A DNA stretch of 63,759 nucleotides, filler included, from Reticulomyxa filosa (GCA_000512085.1; 15 parts of 15 records of this genome joined end to end with filler, not necessarily neighbours in it), one strand, 5' to 3'. Counted from the first letter of the whole stretch, positions 25,134 through 38,239 are shown. The notes: generated by a model from the letters alone, not told the origin. Program-made: numbers and translations.

Positions 25134-26280
25134 GAGAAGCAGGCGGCAACGGAAATTGACGCACTAAAGCAAATCCGCCATCCGAATGTGATGAAATTGT
25201 TTGCGTACAACTTGAACGCTAAGTACCCAACAAAGAATGACGAGAAGTTGGACTGCGTGCTGTTGGTGCTGGAGTACGCCCCCGCAGGGGAGCTCTTTGA
25301 CATTTTGTATTATACTGCTCCTTTGGAAACAATTGTCGCGAGGACTTACTTTCGCCAGTTCATCGATGGTCCACTTTTAATTCTTTTTTTTTTTTTTTAA
25401 TGTGTTTATACAATGTTAATTATTCGCTTGTATACGTACTTTCCCCCCCCTTTTTTTTCAATTTTTTATTTTTTTAAAAAAAATCCTCTCATGGCATCTT
25501 TTTTTAGGATTTTACTTGACTTTTGAGATTGACATGTGGAAAATAATAGGCTTGGAAGCATGTCACAACGCAGGTGTGGCTCATCGCGATTTGAAGCCAC
25601 AAAATTTATTGCTGGATGCCAAATTCAACTTGAAAGTTATGACGTCAAATTTTTTTTTTAAAAAAAAAAAAGGGGGAGTGGTGATGATAATAATTAATCG
25701 TTATTGTTACCTAAATTAACATATGTTTACATATATGCATATGTACACGTATAAATGCATATGTATGTGTGTGTGCGCATAAATGAATGAATTGAAATAG
25801 ATAACCGACTTTGGACTATCCAAAATGATCACACCAAACGCAAACACGATGATGAAGACGACATACGTTGGCACAAAAGGGTACCAAGCACCTGAGTTGC
25901 TGTTGAATCGCCCCTACAATTTGTTGGCGGATGTGTTTTCTGCCGGCGTTGTCTTGTTTATTTCCTTGGCTGGCTGTTGAGTTTCTTTGTTTGTGTTTTA
26001 ATTAAGCCAAGGGGGAAGAGAGAAAACAGAGGGAGGGAAAAAAAATAAAAAAATGATTCAAAGATCCTCCATTCGAACGAGCTAATGAAAGCGATCGCTG
26101 GTTTAACCCGTTAACGAAAGGCGACTACGGCACATTTTGGGAGATGCATCCCGGATGTCCGATTAACGATGATCCTGATGCGAAGGATCTCTTGCAACGT
26201 ATGTTTGCATTTGATCCAAACGAGCGTATCACTGTCGCCGAGATCAAACAACACAAATGGTTTCTCGGAAAATTTTTGGA
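25134..26280 (+). CDS. Ser/Thr protein kinase (CAMK-group-like), partial
   Basis: HPNVMKL, LEYAPAGELF, HRDLKPQNLLL, DFGLS, GTKGYQAPE, DVFSAGV and PNERIT lie across three in-frame GT-AG introns. Confidence 0.93.
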
Positions 26281-26659
26281 GTTTTGTCAATTCTAATGAT
26301 ACACACATATATACATATATAATTTTTTTTTATAGTGTCTCTTTTTTTTTTTCCCCCCCCCCNNNNNNNNNNNNNNNNNNNNNNNNNNNNNNNNNNNNNN
26401 NNNNNNTTAATTAATTAANNNNNNNNNNNNNNNNNNNNNNNNNNNNNNNNNNNNNNNNNNNNTTGTTATATTATATACTTTTTTTTCTTGGACAAATTAA
26501 CTTTGCTTTTTTTTTTATAACAGCCGCAGCCCGCTTATTTAAAAAAAAGTATACTCACTGCCCTTCAAAGAAAACAGGGTTGAAGCCACTCCGCGCTGAA
26601 TAAAAAATAAAAGAGTTTTCATTTATTTATTTTTTATTTTTATTTTTATCAAATGTTTG

Positions 26660-29098
26660 TTTGTGTTTGTAACAGGCATGCCCCATCAAAAAATTATATG
26701 TCCCCCCTTCCCTGAGACAACAACAAAAAATAGATTATTGGAATTGGAGCTTTTAGCTCCGATGTAAAAGTATGTTGTTGTTTTTTTCTTTAAAAAATCA
26801 AACATTATTTAATTTGTTATTGTTTACAGGAGTGCAAAGGTCAAATGTAAAGTTTATTGTTTTTTTATTTTTTATTTTTATTTTTTGTTTGAGCTGAGAG
26901 GGATAGGAAACATTTGTGGGAAAAGAAAAAGGGAGGGAAAAATTGTTGGAAAAATGGAGGGGAAAAATTGTTAGAAAAAAGGGGGGAAAAAATTATTGGA
27001 GAAAAAGGATGGAAAGGGGGAAAAAATTGTTGGAGAAAAAGGAGGGAAAGTTGGAAAAATGAAAAAAATTAAAGAGTGAAAATAAGAAAATATAAAAGAA
27101 AGAAAAAAAAAAGACAAGTAAAAAATGAAAAAGAAAAAAAAAAAATGACAATTGGAAAAAAAAGAAAAAAAATGAAAATTGGAAAAAAAAGGAGAAAAAT
27201 TGAAAAAGGGAGGGAAATTGAAAAGAAAAAAGGGATATTATCCCAAGACGTGGAATAGATGCGCATTAGCGCGTTACTCAATGAAGAAGGAGAAGCAGAA
27301 GAGCGACAATGAATGCTCCAATGCAAGTCTGGGCGAATTGGAAGCGAACTTAGATTACCACAACGAAGCCCAGTCTCAAGCACATTCAAAGTCAGCGGCA
27401 AAGTAAAACTGACTCGTGAAAAAATTGGCGATGAAGTGATCAGTTTGGATTGGTCAATGGACACAGTGGCTATGAAGGAAAAGTCAATTGCGTGGAATAT
27501 CAAACGACGATGATTGGATCGGTCCAGAAACAAAAATATCAAAGATTGTGATTGTATTGAATTGGATCATAGTTGCAAATGTAGTGAAATAGATTGTCGT
27601 GCTGACTTTAATCGCAGCAAAGAATTTGGAACCGAACTCGATGATTGGTGGGTCGATGATATGATAGAAGACCACAAAAAAAAAAGGGTAAATTTACATT
27701 GTTTTATCATAGTTGTGTGTATTTCAGTACCGTGTGCGAAAAGTCGTGAATACTTTGCTAGTCACATTCTGGCCAATGTAATAGTGAACGATTTGAAGGA
27801 GGACCCCGTGAGAAAAGAAATAAGTCGACGAAAGAAACGAATATCCAGACTTCGAAAATATTTGCAAGGCATTGGAAATTATGAAAAGCGCTTGGTGAAC
27901 AAAGAATAATTCGTAAAAATCAAATCAAAGAGATTTGACGAAAAGACCAATTCAAAGAAATTTGCACCATTTGGAAACATCATCTCCTCCAACACTCCGG
28001 ATACAATTCTATTTAGAGAATCTAGGACCAGTGGTATGATTTATTTATTTGTTTTTTTTAAAAAAGTCCTTGATTACGGTTGGATTTTGTTTTGATGTTA
28101 GAAAGCAAACTGGCACCAACGATAACAACATCGATGACGAAGAGGACGCAGCGCCACCTCCGCAAGCGCCATTACCAAAAATCAAATTAACAATTGGAGA
28201 CTACATGAAATTATTTCGAAGGAAAGCAGTAGCGGTGAAATACATCGGAGAAATCGATTTAATGAAAGGAAATATCATCGATTTGAAGTTGGGGACACAT
28301 GGAACCCTTACAGCACAATAACACAGTGCAAGAAAAAAAAATATTTTGAGGCCAATGTATATCGTGGCCATTTCACATGAAAAGGCTCTATTTCTCAAGT
28401 AGTGATCCCTTTGGTGAAGTAATTGGACCCGAAAACCTCCAATAGAACCTTTAAATTCAAGTCATTAAAGCCCGACAGTCGCATAGTTTTCGTCAATGGA
28501 GGGGGCGACAGGTGTCATCAAATATATTGGTTATCCTCTTTTGCCGATGGTGAAATTATTGGTACTCAATTATGCTTGTTTTTTTAGAATCAATTTTTTA
28601 AAAATATGTAATACTATGTTGTGTTTTCTTTATAGACGCACGGACTTCTGGTACTCATGATGGCGTGTACGACTAATACCGCTACTTCAGGTGTTTTTTT
28701 TGTCTTGTTTTTATTGTGCGATATTTGTTTGAATTCGAAAGACTTGTATCAATTGAGAAGGGCTTGACTCGAATGTAAAATGTAGTGTCCCAAAGGAATA
28801 GGTATTTTCGCCCATTGTCGCGATCCAATCGATTCGGAAGTGGAAATTAGAACAACAAATGACAGCAACGACGAAAGGGAACAGTATTGGACAACGAGTA
28901 CAAATTGACACGGAAAAAAAAAAAGAGTTAATCTGACTATTTTTTTTCAAACGATGTGTAATGCTGAACTTTGAAATTTGGGAAAATAGACAATACGAGA
29001 CATTAGAAAAGATACAAAATGGAGGAAGTATACAGCATTGAGTTAGATGAAAAGATACATAAATGTACCGATGGGTAGTACATACTCCACGTGCAGGT
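26660..29098 (+). pseudogene. Degenerate multi-CAP-Gly gene copy
   Basis: IGDYMKL..VKYIGEI and GTHDGVYD*YRYF are CAP-Gly-like motifs interrupted by stops. The region is colinear with 44095-45100. Confidence 0.7.
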
Positions 29099-29198
29099 NN
29101 NNNNNNNNNNNNNNNNNNNNNNNNNNNNNNNNNNNNNNNNNNTTAATTAATTAANNNNNNNNNNNNNNNNNNNNNNNNNNNNNNNNNNNNNNNNNNNN

Positions 29199-30040
29199 CA
29201 ACAACAATCCAAAGAAAAAAAAAGACAAAGAAAGGGAAGGTGCTGCATCCATCGACTCCACAGTTACCGTCGATTCAAAGGCAACACCTCAGTGAAACGG
29301 AAGAAGCGGAAGGAGGAGCGGAAACCGCGAAGAAGAAGGATCAATTGCCGACATATTTTCCACGCTTGCCATTGGCAGGCATTTGCAAAGGCAAAGAAGG
29401 AGAAAAGAGAAGAAAAAACGCAAAACACACAAACCAAAGCGAAAATGATGTTGGTGAAGAAAATCTTCAAGATCTTTCTTTGGCCAATGCAAATGGCACA
29501 CAAAAGAAAAAAAAAGTTTCATTTCAACAAAAAAAATTATAAGTGATATATAATTTATTTTTTTTTTTGGAAATGTATACGTATTGCGTGTGCGTGCAAC
29601 AAGATTACGTAAACCATACCGTGATTAAAAAAAAAAAAAAAAAAAAAAGAGAAATTAGTTGAAAGAGAACAATTTTTTTTTATAAAAAAAAAAGTTGCGA
29701 TTTGGACATGTTTGTGCGTGTATATGTGAAGAAACAATCGGAAAAAGCGATAAACAAAGATAAAGAACGAAAAAAAGAACATCGCCGCAAAGACGGAACT
29801 GGAGCAAGTACTGAAGACGAGCGACACGGGCAAGGCGGAAACGTTGGCGGTGGATATACTATCCAAGTAGCAGCGCCAGCAGTTGAAGAAGCGACTGTCA
29901 TCAGAGCACAAGGTGGACTTGAACGAGCACTTGAGCAAGCGTCTGTTCAAGACAAGTCGCAACTGCGGGGACTGTTTGTTGGGCCTGTGCATGTCCGCGG
30001 AGGAGTACGACGCCTTCCACCTGCATCAAGCGTGGGATAA
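29199..30040 (+). CDS. 3' part of a hypothetical K/E-rich protein
   Basis: GC-richer ORFs 29240-29542 and 29702-30040 are separated by an intron-like A/T tract. The 5' end is cut by a linker. Confidence 0.45.
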
Positions 30041-30454
30041 GAGCTCTCCATAATTTTTTTAACTTAACCGAATCTGATATATCTCAAGTATTTCAATCTG
30101 CAAATACTTTTTTAAAATTTTTGATATGGTAAATTGAGATTTGCGACCAAGGTGGTATGCTCTAAACAGGGACTACCAAAAGCAAATAACGGTCAAAAAG
30201 AAATTTAAGAATCAGTTCAATGTTGGCTTTTCTTTAAAGTTTCTCATTTTTCGTAGTCAATTATTTCGCCAAAGAGTATTTGAAAAAGTGTTTTTTTTTT
30301 ATGAGTTGTATGAAACAAACAACAGTGCTGTTTAGTCTCAAGCTGGAAGAGTCCTTTAGTTTTTTAAAAGAAGAGGAGTTTGTGAGTTCCTTTTTTTTTT
30401 GTTTGTTTGCTCGTTCGGTTTTTTTTAATTGTCATTTAGTTTTTTACAAGTAAA

Positions 30455-30736
30455 ATGAGAGAAGTTCTTACAATTGAGGTCGGCCAAGCCGGCATACAGC
30501 TAGGAAACGCCATCTGGGAACAATATTGCGCAGAGCACGCAATTGATAACGGTGGCAAAAGAAAAGAGAATGCAGGAAAGGACGACTCTTTCAAGGTCTT
30601 CTTTGAAGAAACAGGTAGTGGACAATTTGTTCCTCGTAATCTTGCAGTTAAGTGCTCTATTGGAGAATCGTTTTTCCGTGATACGTATAACACACAAGAA
30701 AAAATAGGTTGATTTGGAACCGAACGTAATTGATGA
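30455..30736 (+). CDS. Alpha-tubulin, divergent (Retaria alpha2-type), 5' fragment
   Basis: MREVLTIEVGQAGIQLGNAIWEQYCAEH..DDSFKVFFEETGSGQFVPRNLA|VDLEPNVID, with an intron at 30647-30707. Confidence 0.93.
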
Positions 30737-31464
30737 NNNNNNNNNNNNNNNNNNNNNNNNNNNNNNNNNNNNNNNNNNNNTTAATTAATTAANNNNNNNN
30801 NNNNNNNNNNNNNNNNNNNNNNNNNNNNNNNNNNNNTCTCTCTCTCTCTCTCATCTATCCATGGCAAACAAAAGAAAAAAATAGTAGAGAAGCATTGCAT
30901 ACAAAGCTCTTAGTGCGGATTTCATTGTGATTCCGTCAGATCAAAAAGGAAACGCAAAGCTTAAACAAGCCAGAAAAAAAATTAACTTGTTGTCGTTGCT
31001 TGTGCTAGCCCTACTGGTGAAGTTGTATCAATTAACTACAACGTATTTACTTGGAAACTCTTTTACAACGACTTCACACGTTTGAATTATAGTGGACGTC
31101 TTTCTTCGGTTCTATTACAAAATCGGACAATGTTCCACTTTTATTTTTGTATAATTATTGCGTATCTAAAAACCAATATTTTACACAATGATACAGTTGG
31201 ATGCAATATAGGAAGCAATAACAAAAACTTGAAGTCATTATTTCGAAAGATTAAACCTCGTAACCTCAAAATAATATTATCGTCTTGTCAGTAGTTTTTT
31301 TTTTTTTTTTTACAAAGACCGAGCGTCCGTCGACAAAAAAAAATCATTTTGTTTGAAAAAGACAAAAAAAATTATTAAATCATTATTTTTACTCACTCGT
31401 GTTCATTGTATCATTTATCTTGTCTTGTGCATTATTGTCTCCCCTTTCTTCGAAGATCTGATCA

Positions 31465-32171
31465 ATGGAACATTTTAAAAAAACTGGAGTTGAAAAAAAA
31501 AAAGAAGAAAAAGAAGAAGTGTTAGAGTTTGAGTCAATATCAAGAATGCCGACATTGAAAAGTAACGAGGAGTTGAAGGAGTTGCGAACAGGAGATAGAA
31601 GCAATTTTTACAACGGATATACGGTCAATACGCAATTGTTGTTACAAGCACAGATAGATGATCGTCAATACCTTTCAATTCCATTGAAGCCAGAAACAAC
31701 AGTGGACGACGTGTTTAAGTTTGTGAGTAGACGTCGTATATTAGGCAAAAACGAAGTGAGTTTGTACATTGACAACCAGCCACAGCCCCCGGAAGTCAAC
31801 TTGTATGAAGTCACCGCAGGTGGTAACAAGTTAGTATCGATTGTAATTAAGTATGCCAGCGATGACGACATCAAAGGTTAAATCAGTGTTTTTTATTTTT
31901 TTTTTTGTCCTCTCCCTTTTGGCTCTATTTTTTTTTTTTTAGTCTTGAAAGATTTTTCCAGAGTGCAAGAGTACATAATATTATATGTATGTATATAGTG
32001 TCATTAGAACGTCCGATGATCAAAGACAACAAGGATGAGATCAATATCGGTATATCGAGAGCGTTTACAATACAAACAACTCGACAAAGATTAAGCAGTT
32101 GAGTCGTCCCCTTTTTCCTTTCCCTTTTCGAAAACAGACTGTGTAACTCTTTTCAAAATGAAAACACATAT

Positions 32172-32217
<46 letters not shown>

Positions 32218-32726
32218 GTCTTAGGCATACCTATGATCACACTGACGGCGGAAGAGTGTTTGAAAGATATAGAGGACGAGTCTTTCAGTTTTGTTTGTAA
32301 AGCGTGCACGTGCGCATGTGTGCATGCCCAATGCCTGCGTGCATGTTGTATATATATATATATATATAATCACAAAGATTAAAAAATAAAAAAGTGGCGA
32401 CAACAGAGGTGATGCGATTGGAGATAAAGGTGTCGCTGATACTGAGCGCCAAAGGCCTGTGTCACGTCGAAGGGAGAATGACGCGCTTCAACGAGTGGGA
32501 CTCGGTTCAAAAGTGCACGTGCAAGGACGACAAGCTTACGATCGATATGTGCGACAACACGGCAAAAAAGACGAGCGAGTGCGTGTACAAGTCTGCAGAC
32601 GCTTCGAAGATTGAAAAGGAGATCAACCACCGCTTGCAGATTATCAAGAGCAAGCGCGAAGACGCAAAAAAAGGGGTTTTATCGGATGCCTTCCAAAGAC
32701 AACTCTATGAGAAATTCCACAAAGAA
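31465..32726 (+). CDS. Hypothetical protein with a ubiquitin-like (RA-type) segment and a PH/FERM-C-like segment; 3' truncated
   Basis: YLSIPLKPETTVDDVFKFV suggests a Ubl fold. VSLILSAKGLCH..FNEWDSV..ASKIEKEI suggests a PH-like fold. Four exons are separated by TA-repeat introns. Confidence 0.55.
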
Positions 32727-33002
32727 GTTTCTCAAAAAAAAAAAATAATAATAAAAATAAAAAAATAATAATAATAATATTACTACGTAATATTATTATT
32801 ATTATTTTTTTGTTTTTTTTTTTTTTTTTTTTCAAATTTTTTTTTTTTTTTTTTTNNNNNNNNNNNNNNNNNNNNNNNNNNNNNNNNNNNNNNNNNNNNT
32901 TAATTAATTAANNNNNNNNNNNNNNNNNNNNNNNNNNNNNNNNNNNNNNNNNNNNGATTCCTAAAATGAAAACAAAAAGATTTAAAAATTTCTTATTTTC
33001 AA

Positions 33003-34005
33003 TACAGGTTCAATTTATATGAAGTCCTTCGAAATTTTTAAAAATCATTTCAAAAAATCATATTTTTGATCGGCCTAGAAAAAACTTATTATAAAACCAA
33101 TTTCATATTTAAAAACTACAAGATTAGTAAATATTTTTTTTAAAAAAAGGTTTAAATCTTTATTTTTCAAGGAGAAAATTGATTCTCTTCATATAATGCA
33201 TTTAGATATTGCAGTTTTTTTTGCAATCTACTGTATTTCATGTCAGCAGTAGAAACAGATATTCTCACTAAAGTTTATTATAATTAGTTTTTTGATAGAA
33301 TTTGGATTGACATATGATTTAAACGCAGCCATATCTAATTATGCTACTTCATCTACAATTTAACAACATGTCGAATATAATATCACATAAAGTAGAATGC
33401 AAAGTAAAGTTGACACCTAAAACGGCTCCTTACATAAATAATTGATTTTCTACATGAAAAAACAACATTCAGACCTAATTTTTTTAAAAAATATCTACAA
33501 ATCGTGTACTTTTTAAATATAGTTTTGAATTTAGTTTTTATTACTTTTTTACTAATTGTTTTAAAAATTTGAATATTTGATTGATTTTTGAAAATTTTCG
33601 AGAAAAAGTTGACAATCGTGCCTATATCGTAACCATGAAAATTGCCAACTTTTTTAAAGCATTTTCAGAAAGTTCTAAATGCGTAGATATTTTTTAAAAA
33701 AAAGATTGAGTTTTCTCAAAAACTACGCAACGTAGAAGACTAATTTTTTGTTAACAAAAAAATTTTTTTTGCAGAATTTAATGTTATTTTCAAAGTTTGT
33801 ACATTGTGAAGGCATAGGTCTGAATGTTGTTTTTTCATGTAGAAAATCAATCATTTCTATAAAGTGTGGTTTTAGGTATTAGCTTCACTTTGCATTTTAC
33901 AGTACAATACTTACACTGGGAATTTCCAGTCAAGTGATAAACAACTTGAAAATAACATATGACATTATAGCAGCAATATCACAGCGTTAACAGTAAACTA
34001 ATCAT
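33003..34005. mobile_element. Non-coding interspersed repeat / non-autonomous DNA transposon-like element with an internal 86-bp inverted repeat
   Basis: It starts TA-CAGG. 33002-33061 is the exact reverse complement of 50267-50326. IR arms are 33392-33477 and 33815-33900. A related copy lies at 47975-48080. Confidence 0.6.
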
Positions 34006-34115
34006 NNNNNNNNNNNNNNNNNNNNNNNNNNNNNNNNNNNNNNNNNNNNTTAATTAATTAANNNNNNNNNNNNNNNNNNNNNNNNNNNNNNNNNNNNNNN
34101 NNNNNAAAAAAAAAG

Positions 34116-35978
34116 GTCAACAAAATGTTAATAGCAAATAAACAAGTATTTGCAGAATTTTTTGTTCCTCGTGAAGAACGAATTCAAAAAACTCCATGGA
34201 CCAATGTCTACGTCAAGCACATCCCTCTTAAGATGTCGGAAGAAGAAGTGAAAAAATTTTTTGAAGAAAAAACGGGTGGCAAAATTACATCATCGCACAT
34301 GTTTGAAAAACCCATGTTTGGGAAAAGCGCATGTCTTAACTTTGACACACATGAATCGGCAGCGAAGGTAATATCTCAGTGCAAAAATAAAATGCAAGGA
34401 ATAATTGATGTAATGTTTGTATGTATGTGTATATGTGTATGTGTACTTTGTTTGCGATTGGAACAGGGTGTAGAATTATTGAACAATTACGAAATGAAAG
34501 AATTTGCAGACGAAAAAGAAAACGAAAAGTCAATAAAGTTGTATGTCGCGCGTTGTCAAAAACGAAGCGAGCGCAATATACTTTTGAAAACAAAGGCTCG
34601 CATTCACCGTGGCCGACCAATAGTTGCCCCCACTGAAAATAATCTGTATGTGAAACCACTGGCCTTCAATATCAACGATGACAAATTACGAGATATCTTC
34701 GCTAGTTATGGCACCATCATTTCTGCCAAAATCATGAGAAATTCTGAAACTGGACAGTTAATAATAATAGTTTGTTTTTTTTTTTGCAAGCCTCACCTTG
34801 ATAAAGAAGGATCTCCATTTCGTTTATGGGAAAAAAAATTTAAAAATTTGCAAACAATGGGATAAAACAGGAGCCGCGGATTCGGATTTGTTTGTTTCAA
34901 ACACAAAGAAGACGCATCCCAGGCTTTGACAAAATTAAATGGCGCAACAATTGAAGGAACAAAGTTGTATGTAGCAAAAGCACAGAAGAAAGCAGACCGA
35001 CAACAGTTATTGGCCAACCGACCTCGACGCCAATCTCCTCGACGCCATCCCAACTCAATGATGGAACAACACCCATTTTATCCGCAAATGGGAGGTTTCT
35101 ACAGCTATCCAAGAGCACCACAACCACCAATGCATCCTGCCCAGTTCCCTCACCCACAAATGCCAAGACCTCACCCTTTCAACGTGCCCGTGCCACAAAT
35201 ACCACTCCCAATGCAAATGCAGTCCATGGGCATGCCAATGCCTCAGTTTGGCTTTCCTCACATGCGAATGCCTAACCCTGGCTTTAGTGGAATGCAACAG
35301 AATGTTGCCATGCAACCTCAGCCACAACCTTCGAACAGTGCGGCCGTGGCTGGTGGGGCAGCCGGCAGTGCAGCCATGCGAGGCGGGTTGATGAATAGCG
35401 TCGGAGCTACTTCGCAAGGTGCGACTGGCGGCCGAGGAATTGGACCACAAGGAGCAGGATCCCAAGGAATGAGTAGCGGAACAGGTGCACCGGCTACCAA
35501 CTACAGTCAACCTACACAAGCTGCCGCCGTACCAGTGCAGCACAATATCTTTGCCTCAGCTGGTCAAACTGGAGTTGAACCAAGCACACAAAGTCGTCCA
35601 ATTCACTCTTTCCCTTCCCAAATGAGTGCGACAGAGCGCGAAGCGCAGCCATTGACTCCACAAATGTTGAACAACGCAACCGCCCAAGAAAGAAAACGAA
35701 TGATTGGTGAACGACTCTTTCCAAAAATTCAAGAAGTCGAACCTCGATTGGCTGGCAAAATCACTGGAATGTTATTGGAAATGGAAAACACCGAATTATT
35801 GGTATTGCTGAACAACAAAGATCAATTGCGCAAAAAAATCAACGAAGCCTTGAGTGTGTTGAAAGAACACCACAAAAAACAGTCTTTGCGAAACAGTGAG
35901 TCACAAGCCCGCCAGCGAGCAGGGTCACAAGGAAATCAAAGTGCATCCAATCGTCAAACTTCTGCTTCCAATAATTAA
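34116..35978 (+). CDS. PABPC: Cytoplasmic polyadenylate-binding protein, 5'-truncated (RRM3, RRM4, linker, MLLE/PABC)
   Basis: [35 protein letters not shown] and the MLLE motif [21 protein letters not shown]. Introns are 34368-34466 and 34757-34870. Confidence 0.95.
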
Positions 35979-37206
35979 AAAAGATAATTAAGGAAAAGAG
36001 AGATTATTTATTAAACGACGAAAAAGCAGCTTTATGCATCGTTGGGGTTTTTTTTGTTTTCTGTTTTTCCTCTTTTCATGGCAAAATTAAAAAAAAAATT
36101 TAGAATGGTGATAAAAATCAATCTATCTGTTTCTTTTTGCGATATGAGAAAAAAAAGGCACAGAAACCATACGTTTTTTTGTTTTTATTTTTGGTTTGAT
36201 TTTTCTTTTTATTAAAAAAAAAAAACTCGTGACAAACATTTTAGTAACGTGGTGTCTGTGTTGGTTTAAAAAAATTCAGTAGCGTACGCTTTCATGATGT
36301 CTTCAAGCACATTTTTGCTTGCTTTTGTCCGTCTTTTTGTTTTGTTTGATCGTTTTGTTTTTGTGACGCTGACAAATTTTTTTTTAATACGGTATTCGCC
36401 GATGATAACAGGAGGAAAAAAAGGTTATTAAACCTCCAATGAAAAGTCAATGGTGCATCATTTGTCACTTCAAAAAATGTCTTTTGCATACTCACGCAAA
36501 AGTTCTTAACTGCATCTCCAACCAAAACAAAATATCAGTACCACGACTTAACAAAAATTATAACAAAAAATTATTCAATTAAAAAAAATTTCAAACCAAC
36601 TCTTGCTTCCCTTTTTTTAAAATTTGAGTCCAAAGAAGAAAAAAGAAAAAAATAGGCAAAAATAAAGTAATGCGGCACATATGTGCCGCATGACTTAATT
36701 CCTTCTATTTTTTTTTGCTTCCCTTTTTTTTAATTTTAAATTTTATTTAGGTAATGTATTTTTGTTAATTATTTTTATTGCTATATTTTGTCAGTTTTGT
36801 ATCGTTGCTGTTGCTATTTTTTGTTTTGTTTGTTATGTTTCGTTATTTGTTAAAAATATGGGTGAAATGTGACAGCTGAATCGCATAGCTTATATTGCCT
36901 GTTTGTTAAGAGTTTTTATTGTTAAATTAAAGGCAAAATTTCGTTATTAACAGTGTAAAGGGAAGCTCCTGCGTAACCTAGGAAATCTCTTTTTTACAAC
37001 AGCTTACTTACCTTTTCTTCCAACTTCTCTTATTCTGTTTTATATTCTTCTTTTATTTAAATTAGTTTCGTTTTTTGAAAGATTGCTTAAAGAGCAACTA
37101 TTCGTANNNNNNNNNNNNNNNNNNNNNNNNNNNNNNNNNNNNNNNNNNNNTTAATTAATTAANNNNNNNNNNNNNNNNNNNNNNNNNNNNNNNNNNNNNN
37201 NNNNNN

Positions 37207-38239
37207 CCGCCTCCCCCGCCTGCTCCTCCTCCTCCTCCTCCTCCTGCTCCTCCTCTACCTTCTCTATAGTGATTGAATCTATTGGACATAAGGCTGGGCC
37301 GTCCTCGATCGTGATTCCAATCACGTCGCTGCGCCCAGGGCATTGATGTATTGTTCCTCATATCCCCGTTGTTTCTTCTGCTGTCTCCCATAGCACCACT
37401 GCGGTTATCATCTAATCTCCGGATATCCCTAGACAAATCCGACGTATTTACATACATCAAACATATAAATATATATATATATGTATACATATAAATTTTA
37501 TTTTTTTTTAATGGAAGAGAAAAAGAACAACCCAACTGAACCCCTCCGTTTGCGCCAAAGTGATTGCCGATCCTTGGGTTGGCATGATAATGGGACGGCA
37601 TGGACTCTTTTTCACTTTTTTTGTGATTGGAATTGCGAGAGCGTTTATCAGCGCTTTTGTGCGAGCGCGAGTGTGAGCGTGACTGTGGCCGCGACCGCGA
37701 TCGAGACTGCAAGTGCGAGTGCGAGTGCGAGTGCGACTGCGAGTGCGAGTGCGACTGCGACTGCGACTGCGAGCGCGAATGTCCACTCTTTCTATTGCTG
37801 TCAGTTTTACTGCTTTCGTCTGACTGTTTACTGCGTTTGGAGTCACGACTGCGGTTATTGCTTTCCGCACGTTTCTTCACACTTTTTTTTTCTTTGGATC
37901 GTTTGTGTTTCGACACATGTTGATCTCGACTCTGTTCCTCCTCTTCTTCTTTGTCTTTCTCTCTATCTCTCATTTTGTCTTTGTCTTTATCTTTGTCTTT
38001 CTCTTTATCTTTATCTTTCTCTTTCTCTTTCTCTTTATCCATTTCGCCATGGTTATGTTCGCGTTTGTGCTTGTTCTTTGATTTGGCTTTATGTTTGTGC
38101 TGTGCTCTGTGCTTGTGTTTGCGCTTGTGTTTATGCTTGTGTTTATGTCTGTGTTTGGACTTGGATTTCGATCTGCTTTTTTCACTCTCACGCTTCTTCT
38201 TGCTATGTTGTGCTTTTGTATGCTCTTCCCTCTCTTTTT
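37207..38239 (-). CDS. RS/KD/KH-rich low-complexity nuclear (splicing-factor-like) protein, partial
   Basis: The open frame spans the contig, with KDKD, SRSRS and RGG tracts and one probable intron near 37440-37530. Confidence 0.6.
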
